DNA of 64,000 nt, from contig NC_043000.1 in the NCBI RefSeq assembly GCF_006345805.1, positions 59,706,001-59,770,000 on the forward strand. Direction: 5' to 3'. The position numbers and the translations under genes were made by a program. The notes below the pieces were generated by a model. It had not been told where the DNA came from. It did no database searches and worked only from the letters and a program-made list of their open reading frames with translations. This DNA comes from Octopus sinensis (lineage: Eukaryota). Below, piece after piece: positions 1 to 13,556 of this stretch; position 1 is the first letter of the stretch; every line of letters starts with the position of its first letter.

Positions 1-619
1 TACCCTTCTTTCTGTATACTCCTCTCTGTTTCTGAGAATATGATCTATATACAAATACACACAGACACACAACACAAAGAGTCAGTCACTAAATTACTTA
101 GTAAGGAGAAAGCAAAAGAGGAGGGTATCTAACTGAAAGCAGTTCCTATGTGGTATTTTCCTTTCGTGAGTAACAGACTTTAGTTAAGTGAAGCAACACA
201 GAAAGATACCGGTGGACCCATGAGAAGCCACAGACAGTGAGTATGAGTGGAGGGGAAAGAAAAGCAAGCAAGCAAGAAAGCAAGTAACAAGCAGGTTCTT
301 TGTATAAGGAAACTAAATCTATTCTGGCATTTCAGAATTTAATCTTTTCTCCCACCCAAATAAAAAACAAAACAAAACAAACATAAAAAACAAAAACTGT
401 GATCACCAAAATATCTCTCCTGCATCTACTTTCGAAATCAGCAAATGACAGAGAGATAGACAGGGAAAATACAAAATAATAGAGAGAGATGAATGGAGTG
501 AAAGAGCATGACATGTATCAAAAGATATATAGGTGTGCTAAATTTAAACTTTGTTGCATGCAGATATGTAAACAAAACAGAAATATAAGTCTTCTCAAAT
601 TGATTGATTTCCTCTTTGT

Positions 620-772
620 ATATCTATCTATCTATCCATCTACCTACCTATAATCTATCTATCTATCTATCTACCTATCACCTATCTATCTATCTATCTA
701 TCTACCTACCTATCATCTATCTATCTATCTACCTACCTACCTATCATCTATCTATCTATCTACCTACCTATC

Positions 773-825
<53 letters not shown>

Positions 826-927
826 CCTACCTACCTATCATCTATCTATCTACCTATCATCTATCTATCTATCATCCGTCCTTCTATCTATCTATCTATC
901 ATCCGTCCGTCCGTCCGTCCATCCATC
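620..927. repeat. (ATCT/ACCT)n compound tetranucleotide microsatellite ending in (CCGT)n
   Basis: Directly visible tandem repeat; explains ORF 604..1149. Confidence 0.97.
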
Positions 928-1379
928 TGTGTATGTGCATGCTTTTATACACACATACACACTCTTATTTATATATATATATATGCTTGTTTGTGCATGT
1001 GTGCGCACATACATGAATACATACATTCAGATATATGCACACACACAAAACCTCCTTCACTCAGTTTAACATTACTACTTGGTCCTTCCCTGGCCTTAAC
1101 TGAGCCCATTCTGTTGCTAACATTTGGAGCAGGATTTATACAAGGATAATTTATCCCCATTGTCTCACTCACCTATCAGAGAGACTTTGTGGACAGATAA
1201 ACACACACACATTTAACATATGGGCCTCACTGAATAGATGACAAAGAACTGGGGCTTGTGGTGATTTGCTGTACTAGAGAAGACATGATAAGCAATGTAA
1301 AATTGTGGCCATCCATACATACAGGCATGTCCTTTGCGGCAATGCCTCCACTTCCTCTCCCAGCTGAGAGGTCTTTGCC

Positions 1380-1640
1380 TAGCAGGTGCTGGTGCTATGT
1401 AAAAGGTACTCATGCCAGTACCACATAGAATTCACTCAGTTTGGTGCCATGTAAGTGCATCTGTGCTGGTAGCACATAAAAAGTATCCAGCATACTCTGT
1501 AAAGTAGTTGGCATTAAGAAGATTATCCAGTTGTAGAAACAATGCCAAAACAGACAAATGGAATCTGGACAGCTCTTCGGCTCCTGTCAAACCGTCCAAC
1601 CCATGCCAGCATGGAAAATGGGCATTAAATGATGATGATG
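1380..1640 (+). mobile_element. RTE-related SINE/LINE 3' fragment with (GAT)n tail
   Basis: Motif ttggcattaagaag..atccagttgtagaaac...ccaacccatgccagcatggaaa...ttaaatgatgatgatg; same family seen at 35155, 44740, 47670 and 54976. Confidence 0.8.
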
Positions 1641-1682
1641 GTGTGTGTATGCATGTGTGTGTGTGTGTGTGTGTATCTATAG

Positions 1683-1915
1683 CATCATAATCATCATTTA
1701 ATGTCTGTTTTCCTTGCTGGTATGGGTTGGAAGGTTTGATAGGAGCTGGCCAGTTGATTGGCTGTTCAAGCTCTTTATCTGTTTTGGCATGGCTTCTACA
1801 GCTGGATGCCCTTCCTAACACAAACCATTTTACAGAGTGTAATGGGTACTTTTACACAGTAGCAGCATGAGTGTTTTGTTTTTGTTTTTGTTTTTGTTTT
1901 GTGGCACCAGCACTT
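1683..1915 (-). mobile_element. Second copy of the same RTE-related element, inverted
   Basis: catcataatcatcatttaatgtc...gctggatgcccttcctaac is the reverse complement of the copy at 1472-1640. Confidence 0.8.
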
Positions 1916-2108
1916 AAGAGCCCACAATATTAGGGATGTTCAGCAGGAGAGGGCTGCAGGGGAAGAGCCTGAATGCAAGGGCAACCACACTTGTACTTAG
2001 TTTGACATGTCTTTTCAAGCTCAGCAAATTGCTAGGAGTCTTTGTCCCCTGACATCCCTCTGTGAGTCCCAACATTTGTAGATCCCTTATACATACATAT
2101 ATATATAT

Positions 2109-2232
2109 ATATTGTTATATTTTGGAATGGTCATTTTGCCAGTTTAGCCAATAAAAACACATGCACTATATTCCAAAATATAACAATATCTGTTTCAACA
2201 CACGACTTCACATAAAAAATCTTGCACAACAA
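2109..2232. mobile_element. Short insert in (TA)n with a 20-bp perfect inverted repeat; Penelope-like relic
   Basis: atattgttatattttggaat (2109-2128) vs attccaaaatataacaatat (2170-2189); (TA)n on both sides. Confidence 0.5.
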
Positions 2233-5200
2233 ATATATATATATATTTCTACTCACATACACTAGTTGTCTCACACATTATACAACATACTATAAACTTA
2301 TTCATGTACCTAGGTAAATATTGTGTGTGTGCACTGTGTGAACACTTGTCTATCAATCTATAAAATATAGCCACACAAAACAGATGCAAGTTCAAACTAA
2401 TAATGAAATCTCTATGCAGTATGCTAGAAATATCAGCCAAATCTCTCTAAAAATCCCACCTCACCATCTTATAGAATGAAGAAGCTAATTCATAAGGCAA
2501 GAAAGGCATATGGTCATGCCAAACAACAACGATAAACCTGAATGTATATTTGTCCTTTAACTCTCATTTTTGAACTCATTATTACCAAATTGCACCTGTG
2601 AACTCTACTAATGAGAATGTTTGTTCAGAAAGTCATATTACCATGGAGTATCTCCTTATTAGCAACACTAAATTTTTAATGCTAAATGGAACAATTGCTA
2701 AAAGTAAGTGTTGATACCAGTAACCTAGTCATAAATGAGTGGTCATGATTTTACCAGAAACAAGCTAAAATATCTAATAGACCTAGATTTCATCCTAAGG
2801 GTATATTTTTAGATTCTTACCTAAACAATTACAAATGAAAAACAGCCGTAAAGTTAAAGCCCAGATAAGGTTCTTGAGCAAGTGTTAATGCATAAGGTAA
2901 ATCAGAATAAAAAAGAAATTTTTTAAGCGAAATGTAAGTGGAGAAGATAAGCACAGTTATAAGAAAATGTCAAGACAAAATCTACTAGATAACGATTGAA
3001 GAAAACTGAATCTCAAAGAGAAGATGAAGGATCAGAATGAAAGAAGATGAAGTTAATATCTACTGTGATAAAATATGTTTCACCTCATGTTGAACAAATG
3101 ACTTTAATAAGTGACATGAGTCGCAGTTTTGTTAAGCAATGTTTTTTTTTTTTTATTACTGCTGTAGCATAGACATAAGTGAACCATATGAAAATTTTAG
3201 AGTTATGGAATAAAAAGACACATGCTTAGGAGAATGGTTTTGGCCACTCATCCAGCTGCCTTACATGGGTAATGAATGAAGCTTATTTGCTGTAAGGTGT
3301 TTCTGTAATAAAACTGATTAGTTGACTACCAGGATGTTTGCAGAGTAAAAGATATTGCTTTGATTAGACAGTGTCAGATGATTCAATAAGTAATGGCAAG
3401 GTTTGGAAATGAAATAGAGATCAAGGCTGTTTCAGGAGTGTTATTCAATAATAAGGAAAGGTAAAAATACTAATCGTCCCAGGTAGTTCAGAATAGCAAA
3501 TAATTCAGCCTCTGCATCAATGGTGTCAGTGTGGTAACAATGTGAAAGAGAAAAACAACTGTGGGCATTTAAGTCATTATAGGATAGAGAGATACTGAAG
3601 CAAATGTTAGTGGTTGGAGGCATTCAGTGAGGGGAGAAGTAGATGGTGAATTTAAGGGAATTAGGAAGAAAGACTTTGAACAAGAATACCTGAAGGCCTT
3701 TGTTGCTGATATCTAGGTGAGAGAGATGAATTCTACATACACTCAGATACAACTTTTCAAAATGAAGTCAAAATATCGCATGTAGTTTACTATTTTGCAT
3801 TCACCTTATAACATTCACCTCTTAAACTATCCAACAGATGTTTTCCCTTCCTCCTATCATGTAAGCTTTTACAAATAATCACTTAGGACCCTTTTTATTG
3901 TTATTATTCACTATTCAAGTGACTGTCTCATCTTCATCTTCACCCAACTTACATTCTTTAGTTTCATTCTTTTGTTTTTCATTTCTGTGGTATAGATACA
4001 CCTGGTTGCCTGTTTTTTAAATTGCCATAATTGAGCTATCAGTTTGTCTGGAGATTTTAAAGATTCATCTCTAACTACTACACTTTGTTTGTTTTAAGCA
4101 TATTTAATTATACAGTATCATTTGTAAGCATATTTTTATTTAAACTCTATTAGTGTTTTTTTAAGAGCACCACCATAATAACAGCAACAACAACTGCTGC
4201 CACCACCACCATCACTATCTAGCTGCATACAAAATTCTTTCTGGGTTTTTCCAAAGTAATACTCCATAGCCAACTCTATGATAACTGAAGCAAAATAATT
4301 TACACATTTCAAGACAAATGTAATGCTGTAGGGAGTTTAACTTAATTCCAGATAACTGGAACCAATATTATAAAGCTATTATTTCTTACTTTGATCATCT
4401 TAACGTATGAGTGAGGGAAACCAATAAACACAAGTACACACACATTGCAGCATAGTACTGAATGCATCAACAGAAAAGAATCAGTAAACTTTTTCTGAAT
4501 TTGAAATGTATTATTTAGATTAAGCAGACATAAATTTTTATCATTATTAGAAACATTTGGAGAATATTGTACTTTTTTTTTCATGTTGAAAAGGATGACA
4601 AGAAAAACTGGCTAAGTTAGAAATAATAAGTGTAACTTGACAAATAAAAATACGAGATACTGACTGAAAAAAGAGGGTTGCAGAGGATATTCAGGTGTGC
4701 TGAATAATAAATATTTTAGACAGTCAAAGGCAATAATTTCATATGCCCTGGTTAACACTTCTCTTTCAGTATCAAACGCATATCAAACATGCATTCACAT
4801 AAATGAATATGAGAAAGACAGGTGATAAAGCACAATTTATTTGTGATCAGAGTTGTTCAAAAACCAAAGTACTACTGTATATCATTACAAAATAGGGATG
4901 AAACATAATATATTTTTAAGTATTCCAGTATGGAATATAAAATTTTTTACATAATATATTTCATAGCTAAGAAAGAAGTAATAGTTGAATTGCTAAGGTG
5001 TCATATTGTTAACTTATAAGCGATGAATTTTTTCAAAACTCAAGATCCACACAACATGTTTTAAAAGAACTATGACCTAATCTATATTAGCCCAGCTCAG
5101 TAGAAAATAGATAGACATCTGTTAAGTGATCAGTCAACTGGTGGGGTGTACAAAAACCTTCCACCTGGATTTTTCTCAAGAACACATGTAAAATGTCTGA

Positions 5201-5929
5201 TTCTTAGGAATATTATAACCTATAAAACAATACAAAGAAGGAAAATACTGACACAGCAGGTAGGGAATTGTAATAGATTTATAAATTTGAAAAATGTATT
5301 CAGTCATTTAAGAAAGGGATTACTTTGTGAGATAAACAGATTAAAGAATATCTGCAAACCTGTGAACAAAGAAATGTTGAGGTGTTAAAACATTATAAGA
5401 AACCCTACTATTATTTAGAAATACTAAAGAAGAATGTTCTTTTTATTTAACAGTTAAATCAATTTTATCTTTTGTGTTACATTTGATCCTTCAAAAGACA
5501 CATGTTTTAACATATGTTTGCATCTGTGATAGAGCAGCAAGAGAGCTTTGTTTAACCCTAAAGCAAGGTAATGTACATAAACATGGTAGCAGAACATGAT
5601 CAGAGAATACACAAATAGAAACAATGTTGATAGGAAAAGAAAAATGAGTTTTATAGTCTGATCAATGTTGTTTTTTTACTCTACTTATAAGTCTCAGATT
5701 TAGAAAGCAACTTTAAGTGTATTTTCTTTGAATATTGAATAACTATCACAAATATGATAGACATATGCATACACAAATATAGACAGAAAATAAAATAAAA
5801 TTTTAAAGTTTATCAAATTGTACATTCTACAACAGCAAAGAAAAGGACATGACTCAACTACAAAAGACATGTTGAGAAATTCACTGAAAAGGTGGACATA
5901 CTGACAGCTGTTGCACAACACTACTTAAT

Positions 5930-6120
5930 GTGGTTATTGTTGTTTTGTTTAGAGCTATGTGATCAAACAGACCTATGATCAAAAGCATTCGGCCATGACT
6001 AGCCCACTTTATATATATTTAGGGCTACATTATGCAACTATTCCTCCTTTTTTTCTAGGGAGGTAGAATGTGATTTCATGGTGTTTGGCTGCGCAAACAG
6101 TCACAGAAACTTCTTCATTT
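5930..6120 (-). repeat. Abundant degenerate interspersed repeat, probably an old SINE with (AAC)n tail; representative copy
   Basis: Motifs gctagaaatagcagccaaat...ggtcatggctggaatgcctttgatcataggtctg...aaacaacaac recur near 2420, 7180, 9360, 13830, 14030, 14830, 17215, 19200, 21130, 33180, 38520, 43140, 48270, 51840, 53290 and 60540. Confidence 0.7.
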
Positions 6121-6263
6121 GCTCAGTAATGTGGTGGAATGATGTGGTCAGTCAGGCAGCATAGTAAAGCTCCAGACACGTAGTTAGATTGCTCGATAGA
6201 TATATACATACATAAACACACAATTAACAAGATATAAAGATAGACATAGACAGACAGATAGGA

Positions 6264-6317
<54 letters not shown>

Positions 6318-9300
6318 GTAAAAAAAATATCTGATAAAAATAACCAAGTACTCTATGACAGTGTAAGAAATATGTATAGAATTTAAATATTCTTTAGAAT
6401 CTTTTACGTGCTTATAATAAAATGTGAATGTACTGTACTCTGATATATGTTATGTACAACCAAAGTGAATAACTAACCAGTTTCTATAGGCTTTAAAATT
6501 AATACACAAGGGTACATTTTCAATTGGTTCATTGGTGAGAGCAAATTGGCAGATATTCAATATATACCTGGACTAAAGACCTAATCCAATGCATTGATAT
6601 ATTATTGCATACATACATACGTGCAAGCATGCATACATACATACATACACACACCTACATACATGTGTGTGCATGAGGGAGTGGGGTAGACAAGCAAGCC
6701 GAGAATGAGGTAGAGAGAATGGAGAGAAGAGAGAATCAGATGTCTGAAGAATTGGTTGTAATCACAAGTATGGTAGACAGATATGAAGTAAAAGGAGTAT
6801 TTTCATGCAACAATGGATCATAACAAACACCATCTCTGATCACACAATGACAAAGGAATGAAATGAGTGGCTAAAATATACGATTAACAAATGAACAAAG
6901 GAACAGCAGGCAGTAAAAAAAAAGTGCTCTGGTAATGTCTCATGGATATAACACATCACTGAAAACAACAATACAAAAAATGGTTTAAAGTAAAATATAA
7001 ATAAGAAGAACAATCAACTGAAATACTATTCTTTCAATCTATTCCTAGTTTCAGTCATTGCACTATGGCCATGCTGGGGCACCAGTTTCAAGGTACAGTT
7101 GAATATACCAGGGTACTTCCCAACTGATCAGACTATTCAGTTCATCCTTCTCTTTGGTAAAAAAGGACAAGATTTAAGTGAAAATTTAGCAGCTATTTCT
7201 AGCAGATTACACAGCTACATATCAATTTGAAAGCTAGATGATAAAGAGCAGAATGCAACTTTACTATTTGAAAATGAATTTAAATGGGGAAATGTATGTT
7301 GCTCTGTACTCTTGCTGAAGTATATTTTGCCTTCTCAAGGTCAATAAAATAAAGTACTAGTCAAGAACTGGTCAGTGGTATCAACTAAGGCCCTCTCCAT
7401 AAAATTTCAGGTTTTGTGGCTATACCAGAAAAAAAATTCTGAAAGATAATTGTAGTTAAAAATACTAAGGAAATATAATGAATGGTTAATATTCTATAGC
7501 AATTTATTTGTTTGCCTCACTAAAATATTTTTGCCTCTGTCTCTTTCAGTTGCTATTCAGCTATTATTTCTAGTTGGTTTAGCAACCACATAGTTGTTCC
7601 CTCATTGAATTGCATGCTTGTCTGTTTATGCAGTCAAAAAGAGTTCCGGATTGGTATAACATTATGGTGAAAGCTGCCAATCAGTAGATCAAATTTCAAA
7701 AGTGCCCATTTACTCATATGCATCAGCGTGGAGAAGAATACTTTACTATTTCAAGAGAGGGATTTCACAGTAAGATTGAAGTGAAAATATATCGTTTACA
7801 AAATATTTTCATGAAATCTTAAATATATTAAAGAATCAGCTCTCTGTCTGTCTGTCTGCCTCACTCACTCACTCACACAAATATATATATATTTGATTCT
7901 ACATTTCATATTGTGTTCCTTATCAGATAATGTTTCAATCACTGTTAACATGCATCCATATAAGTTAAAAACTAAACACCTATTCATTACTATATAATGC
8001 CTACTCAACAGACACATTTCCTTAATTTAATTCTTAGGCAGTTTGTGTGACACAGTTAGTGATCTTTGAATTACTAGTACAATTCAGTAGAAAGAAAATG
8101 GTCTACTGCGTAGTTCCTATCATTCCAATTTCACTCACAAGGCTTAGGTTGACCTGAGGCTATAAGACACTTGCCCAAGATCTTGTGATAGCAAAGCTAA
8201 CCTCTTAATCATTCAACCATACAGCTTCTACACAAACTGTGTACAAACATGTATACATACAAACACACCGCATACACAGAGGAAATGAAAAAAAAAAAAA
8301 CTAGGAAAATTACATGTAATACACACCCATTCAACATCCACAGCAAGAGCAGAAGACACAAGAGAGAAATTAATATGACACACTAACAGAACACAAGCAG
8401 ATATTACATTTCATTAAATCAAAGAAAAAGACAATGCTAAACACATGGTGGAGAATGCCTGGATACTAAATTCCTCCCAACAAACTGTAGAATAAAAAAT
8501 ACAAAAACAGTGCATTTCACATCACAGGTTACACAGTGACCACACACACACACACACACATCATTTACACAGTGAAACAAAAAAAAAAAAACTAAAAATG
8601 TTATGAGGGACACAGCACCAAGGTCCATTCTTTGATATCCCTAGGATTATGAGATTAATTTTAATTTAATTTGTTTTAGTCAAGATGGATGGCAACAGTC
8701 TTGGCTTTTTTTTTTTATCAAAGACTTGAAGAGGAAAAAGAAAAAAAAACACACCACAATTTAGAGGCTACAGTAGAGGCAGATTGTAGCTTTTTTCCTT
8801 TTTTCATTAATCTTTTCGTCAGGAAGGTAGTTACTGCTGCTCATGATCTTTTACAGGGCCTCCAAGAATGGTGAGTGGGAGGGAATAAGTTATCCTCAAA
8901 ATGGAGACCTGGCCCAAATGCTTACAACAAAGTGGGCTCAACAAAAAGCATCCAAGATGGTAGGTAATAGTATTAAACAGAGATGGATTAAGTACACAAT
9001 TTTGAATTATCCCCAAATTGGGGACAGTCCAAGATCTTGTAACTCAGCTAAAAATACTCAAGCGCCAGGTGACACATATAGATATATATATGTGTTTGTT
9101 TAACTGAGTGGCAGATAAAATCTCCCATCCATGATCAGGTACAATCTATCTGATGGGTTTATGCCCAATTTCTGACTGTTTCACTCACAAGGCTTAGGAT
9201 GATGACCTAAGGTTTTGGTAGAAGACACATGCCCAAGGTGTCACATAATGAGAATCACATGAATATAAGAAGAATTCTTACCAATAATGCCAAACACCCA

Positions 9301-9779
9301 GACATATTTACAACACTATAAAACCACTGAAGGAGCTTTTAAGTAGTTGTTCAAGATGTAAGAAAGAAATAGCAGTCAAATTTCCTCCAGATTTAATCCT
9401 TGCAGACACACTATGTCCATCTAATAAATAAGTGGAATATCATTGCCTTTGATCATAGGTTTGCTTGCTCAGGACTAATTAGGGGTTAAACAACATCAAT
9501 GGGAATTACAACACTATCTATCTTATACAGTCAAGACAGACATGAAAAGAAAACAAGCATAATAATGATAATAGCATTAGTCCAAACACTGTGCTGGAGA
9601 ACAATAAAATTGTTCCCAAAGTCTCCTACAACTGTAGCAACACATAGTGAATCAACAAGCATTTTAAATCAAATTGGAAAGAGGTGAGTGTATAAGGGGA
9701 AGCAAGATGTCCGGATTGTTCCACATCTCTACATTACAAAGTATCAGGTCATTCCATAAGTTCTGTCCAATTTCACCTT

Positions 9780-10645
9780 TTTTCTCCGAAATTTGTTCCT
9801 ATTGTGTTTTCAAAATTTGTGATTCTGACAAAAAATGGATACAAATTTCATTATATCAAGCAGCAAGTCAGAATTCAAAGGATTTTCTACTGAAGACCTT
9901 GATAAATCTAACTCTATGACTGAAAAAAAAAAGCACGTGGTATTTGATAATGAATCTGATGTTTCATTTTCCGAAAGTGAAAACAGTGAATCCGAGAGCT
10001 CCGACAGCGATAAAGAAAATGAATTGGCACCTGAATGGAGTGAAAATTTAAAAACTGTTTCTTTCGGTGATTTTTCTGAAGAAACTGGACCAAGCCACAG
10101 ACTTTCCCAGGAGAGTAAAGTGATAGACTATTTCTTTTTACTTTTTCTGATGAGTCTATTTGAACTCATTACGGCGGAAACAAACCGTTACGCTAAATGT
10201 AAACAAAGCAAAAGAAAGGATAGTTAGTGGTTTCCCACAACCTTAAATGAAATTAAGACTATTTTGCCATAACTATTATTATGGGTATCAGAAAGTTACC
10301 CAGAATAACAAATTCTATCGTAAAATTTTGTTGTATACCCAACTGAATATTAGCTAATAACCCATTTTCTATAGCGATGTTTGAACAAAATTTTTATAAT
10401 TTTATATTTTGTTGAATTTACCTGTATCTACCTGCAATTAGAGTCACTTTGTGACAAAAATTATAGTATAGAATTGGTTGAGAACATTTCATTAAATTAT
10501 CTTCCAAAAATCACATTAATATATTGATAAATAAAAAAGTTATAGTTGTTTAATGAAACCAGACTAAATTTATGATTATGTTAGAAATTAATTGAAACAC
10601 ATAAGGGGTGTATTTTGGTCAGAAATATAGTAACGAAAGGGTTAA
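9780..10645 (+). mobile_element. piggyBac-like (PGBD4-type) non-autonomous element nested in the mariner 5' region
   Basis: ORF 9835..10227: acidic N-terminus, then FSEETGP...IDYFFLLF...ELITAETNRYA, followed after a stop by WFPTTLNEIK (DDE_Tnp_1_7 N-terminal style); 3' end ...cgaaaggg-TTAA (10642-45). Confidence 0.8.
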
Positions 10646-10658
10646 AACACTTTCTAAT

Positions 10659-11637
10659 ATGGAAGTATCCAAAGAGTATTTAAGGACATAATACTTTATG
10701 AGTACAAAAAAGGAAACTTTGCAGCCAAAGTGGCTTGAAACATACACTCAGTTTATGGGAAAGAATGCTTGTATGAAAGGACTTGCAGAAGATGGTTTGC
10801 AAAATTCAGAAGAGATTTCAGCCTTGAGAAGAGATTTCAGCCTTGAAGATGAAGATCGAACAGGATGTCCAGTTGAGTTTGATGATAAGCTCCTTGAGGT
10901 ATTACTTGAAGAAAATCCTGCATTATCAGTTGAAGAATTGGCAATAAAGCTTAGTTCAAACCATACAACTATTCATTGTCATCTTCAACAACTTGGAAAG
11001 GTTCCTAAACTTGGAAAATGGGTGCCTCATGAATTGTCCAAAAGCAATCGCAAATCCTGAGTTGACATCTGCTCTTCATTCCATTCTATCGAAATGTTAA
11101 ATGTCGTAAACAGTGGCTTGGTAAAAGGGAAAAAGCTCAACCATAACCGAGAAGGGAACTTCATGGAAAAAAGGTTCTTCTCTCTATCTGGTGGGATTGC
11201 AAAGAAGTAATTCACTTTGAATTGTTACCATCTAATGTAACAATCAATGATCAAGTCTACTGTCACTAATTAGAGTGTTTGAACCAAGCTTTGAAGGAAA
11301 AAAAAACCCGCTTTAGTGAATTGAAAAGGAGTGGTGTTTATCAGGACAATGCGCGACCCCACACTGCAAAGATTACATCACAGACGATCGAAGAGCTAGG
11401 GAAAAAATTCCTCATCCACCTTATCTTCCTGGCCTTGCTCCTTCAGACTACCATTTGTTTTGTAGTTTGTAGAATCATTTGAGGAACATAACTTTCGCAA
11501 GCCAGGAGGAGGTGTAAACTGACATTTCTGAGTTCTTCGCTTTGAAACCAAAAGAGTTTTACATTGATGGGATTAGAAAGCTTGTAAATAGATGGAAGGA
11601 AGCCAAAGATAATTAGGGAAAGTACATTGATGATTAA
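10659..11637 (+). pseudogene. Mariner transposase pseudogene (frameshifts, stops, internal deletion)
   Basis: MEVSKEYL..ILYEYKKG, TCRRWFAKF, DFSLEDEDRTGCP, GKWVPHEL (WVPHEL motif), QDNARPH, LAPSDYHLF. Confidence 0.92.
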
Positions 11638-12228
11638 ATTTAAATTAAATATAACATTTGATCACTTGCTTTCTTTATTCAAAATTCAGACAGAGCTTAT
11701 AGGATGACCTGATATTACATAGTATAAGCCTTCAAGAGGTAGAACATTGCTATATCAGGAACACTGCTTCTGTGGGTCCCATTAAGTCATTTGATTGAAT
11801 ACCTGCATACCACACTCCTATTCTACATAGCTAACCTAGGGCACAACTATAACTTCATGTTTTGATAAACTTGTGTGTGTGTGAGTGTGTGCATGCATGT
11901 ATGTGTACAGGCATAGATATATGTGCATGCACACAGAAGTAAATACATACACACATAAGTATGTATGGATGCAAATACAATGGAAATAGCAAGGGTTTCA
12001 ACTGAAGCTTTTTCTATTATTAGAATGGATACACTGTCAGTTATCTAATTTGTGAAAAACACAAAATTTAAATACAAAATAGATAATGATTATATATGCA
12101 TATACATACATACATACATACATTCATACATACATATATATATATAATATAAATAATATATAAATATATGCATATATATATACATATATGTACATACTTA
12201 CATATATATGTATATATACATGCATATA

Positions 12229-12420
12229 TGGGTACAGGACATCAAAAACATGTGAACAAAATGAGAAATGAGAACATAAAAATCAAAAATATAGAATACG
12301 AATATTTTTTTGAACAACAAACGAAACAAATAGAGAAAAGAAACAAGCAACATAAAGAACATTCCCTTCATCAGTTGTCCACTGTTTTATCTACTCTGCA
12401 TTTCAAAGGTAGAGACAGCA
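12229..12420 (-). mobile_element. Penelope-like terminal fragment between TA-rich microsatellites
   Basis: Minus strand has GAAA...TA...CTGATGAAGGG in hammerhead-like order; flanked by (TA/CATA)n. Confidence 0.45.
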
Positions 12421-12500
12421 TGTATATATATGCATATATTTATATATTATTTATATTATTATATGATAGAATGCCATGCATCCATTTCCAAGTAAGTTTT

Positions 12501-12574
<74 letters not shown>

Positions 12575-12909
12575 CATATACACATAGATACATTTGCATA
12601 AAATGGATTTTGTACTTTAACTTGATGTGTTGATATCTTGTAGTATTAGCACAATAATAGCAACGTGGTGTAATGTTGCACATATATAATAATATCAAAG
12701 CCATACTCTTTGGATAAAATATCAATGAAACAATTGTAGGATTATGTAATATAATGGATTGCTCACTCCATCTTTCATGTTAATATTTACATGCACACAC
12801 ACACATATGTACACACCTATACACACTCACACAAAAAAAATTAGACATACATCCACATATATACATCCTATGTATTTACATATGTCCTCAAAGTTATATG
12901 TGTGTGTGT

Positions 12910-12964
<55 letters not shown>

Positions 12965-12967
<3 letters not shown>

Positions 12968-13241
12968 GGCCCAGTGGTTAGGGCAGCGGACTCGCGGTCG
13001 TAGGATCGCAGTTTCGATTCCCAGACCAGGCATTGTGAGTGTTTAATGAGCGAAAATGCCTAAAAGCTCCATGAGGCTCCGGCAGGGGGTGGTGATCCCT
13101 GCTGTACTCTTTCACCACTCTTTCTTCTGTTGGCCTGCTCGCTTAGCCAGCAGGATGGCGTCATTCGAAGGCTAAAACAATGCGAATGCATTGTGACCAG
13201 CGATGTGTAGCAACATCTGATGGTCTGGTCGGTCACGTGAC
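12965..13241 (+). mobile_element. tRNA-derived SINE (OR-type octopus SINE-like), relatively young, inserted in (TA)n
   Basis: A-box TGGCCCAGTGG, B-box GTTTCGATTCC, high CpG retention. Confidence 0.85.
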
Positions 13242-13272
<31 letters not shown>

Positions 13273-13339
13273 TATATATATACGGGTATATACATGTATG
13301 TATGTATGTGTGTATATATATATATATATGGGTACGTGA

Positions 13340-13556
13340 TTTTGTGTCTGTGTTTGTCCCTAACCACCACTTGATAATCGCTGTTAGTGTGTTTATGCAA
13401 CCATAACTTAGTGGCTCAGCAAAAGATACTGATAGAAAAATTACCAAGCTTAAAAAAAGATAAGTTCTGGGGTCAAATTGTTCAATTGAAATTCTTCAAG
13501 ACAGTGCCCTAGCATAGATGCAGCCTAAAGAGTGAAACAAGTAAAAGATAAAAGAT
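13340..13556 (+). mobile_element. 3' half of CORE-type SINE
   Basis: taacttagtggctcagcaaaaga...gaaacaagtaaaagataaaaga matches the 3' part of the copy at 42228. Confidence 0.75.

Larger units (their letters stand above)
9744..11712 (+). mobile_element. Mariner (Mos1-like, DD34D) DNA transposon, defective, both TIRs present
   Basis: TIR tcaggtcattccataagttctgtcc at 9744 and its imperfect reverse complement ending at 11712; TA on both sides (9742-43, 11713-14). Confidence 0.9.

Noticed and set aside
604-1149. 181-aa ORF
   Set aside because: Translation of an (ATCT)n microsatellite
8437-8483. Minus-strand acceptor ttttattctacag followed by FVGRNLVSRHSPPCV*
   Set aside because: Good acceptor but no convincing donor or recognisable peptide; could be chance next to a T-rich tract
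8857-8870. Plus-strand microexon ttttacag/GGCCTCCAAGAATG/gtgagt
   Set aside because: Lies in what looks like a decayed repeat; no supporting plus-strand exons
9835-10227. Domesticated PGBD gene
   Set aside because: Truncated before the catalytic domain, with a stop and frameshift, and nested in another transposon
12965-13030. tRNA gene
   Set aside because: A and B boxes are present, but no complete cloverleaf or T-run terminator; continues into a SINE body
13095-13185. HDV-like ribozyme in the SINE body (cctgct/agcagg, ggctaa)
   Set aside because: P3/L3 geometry and P1.1 do not fit the consensus; at most a hairpin
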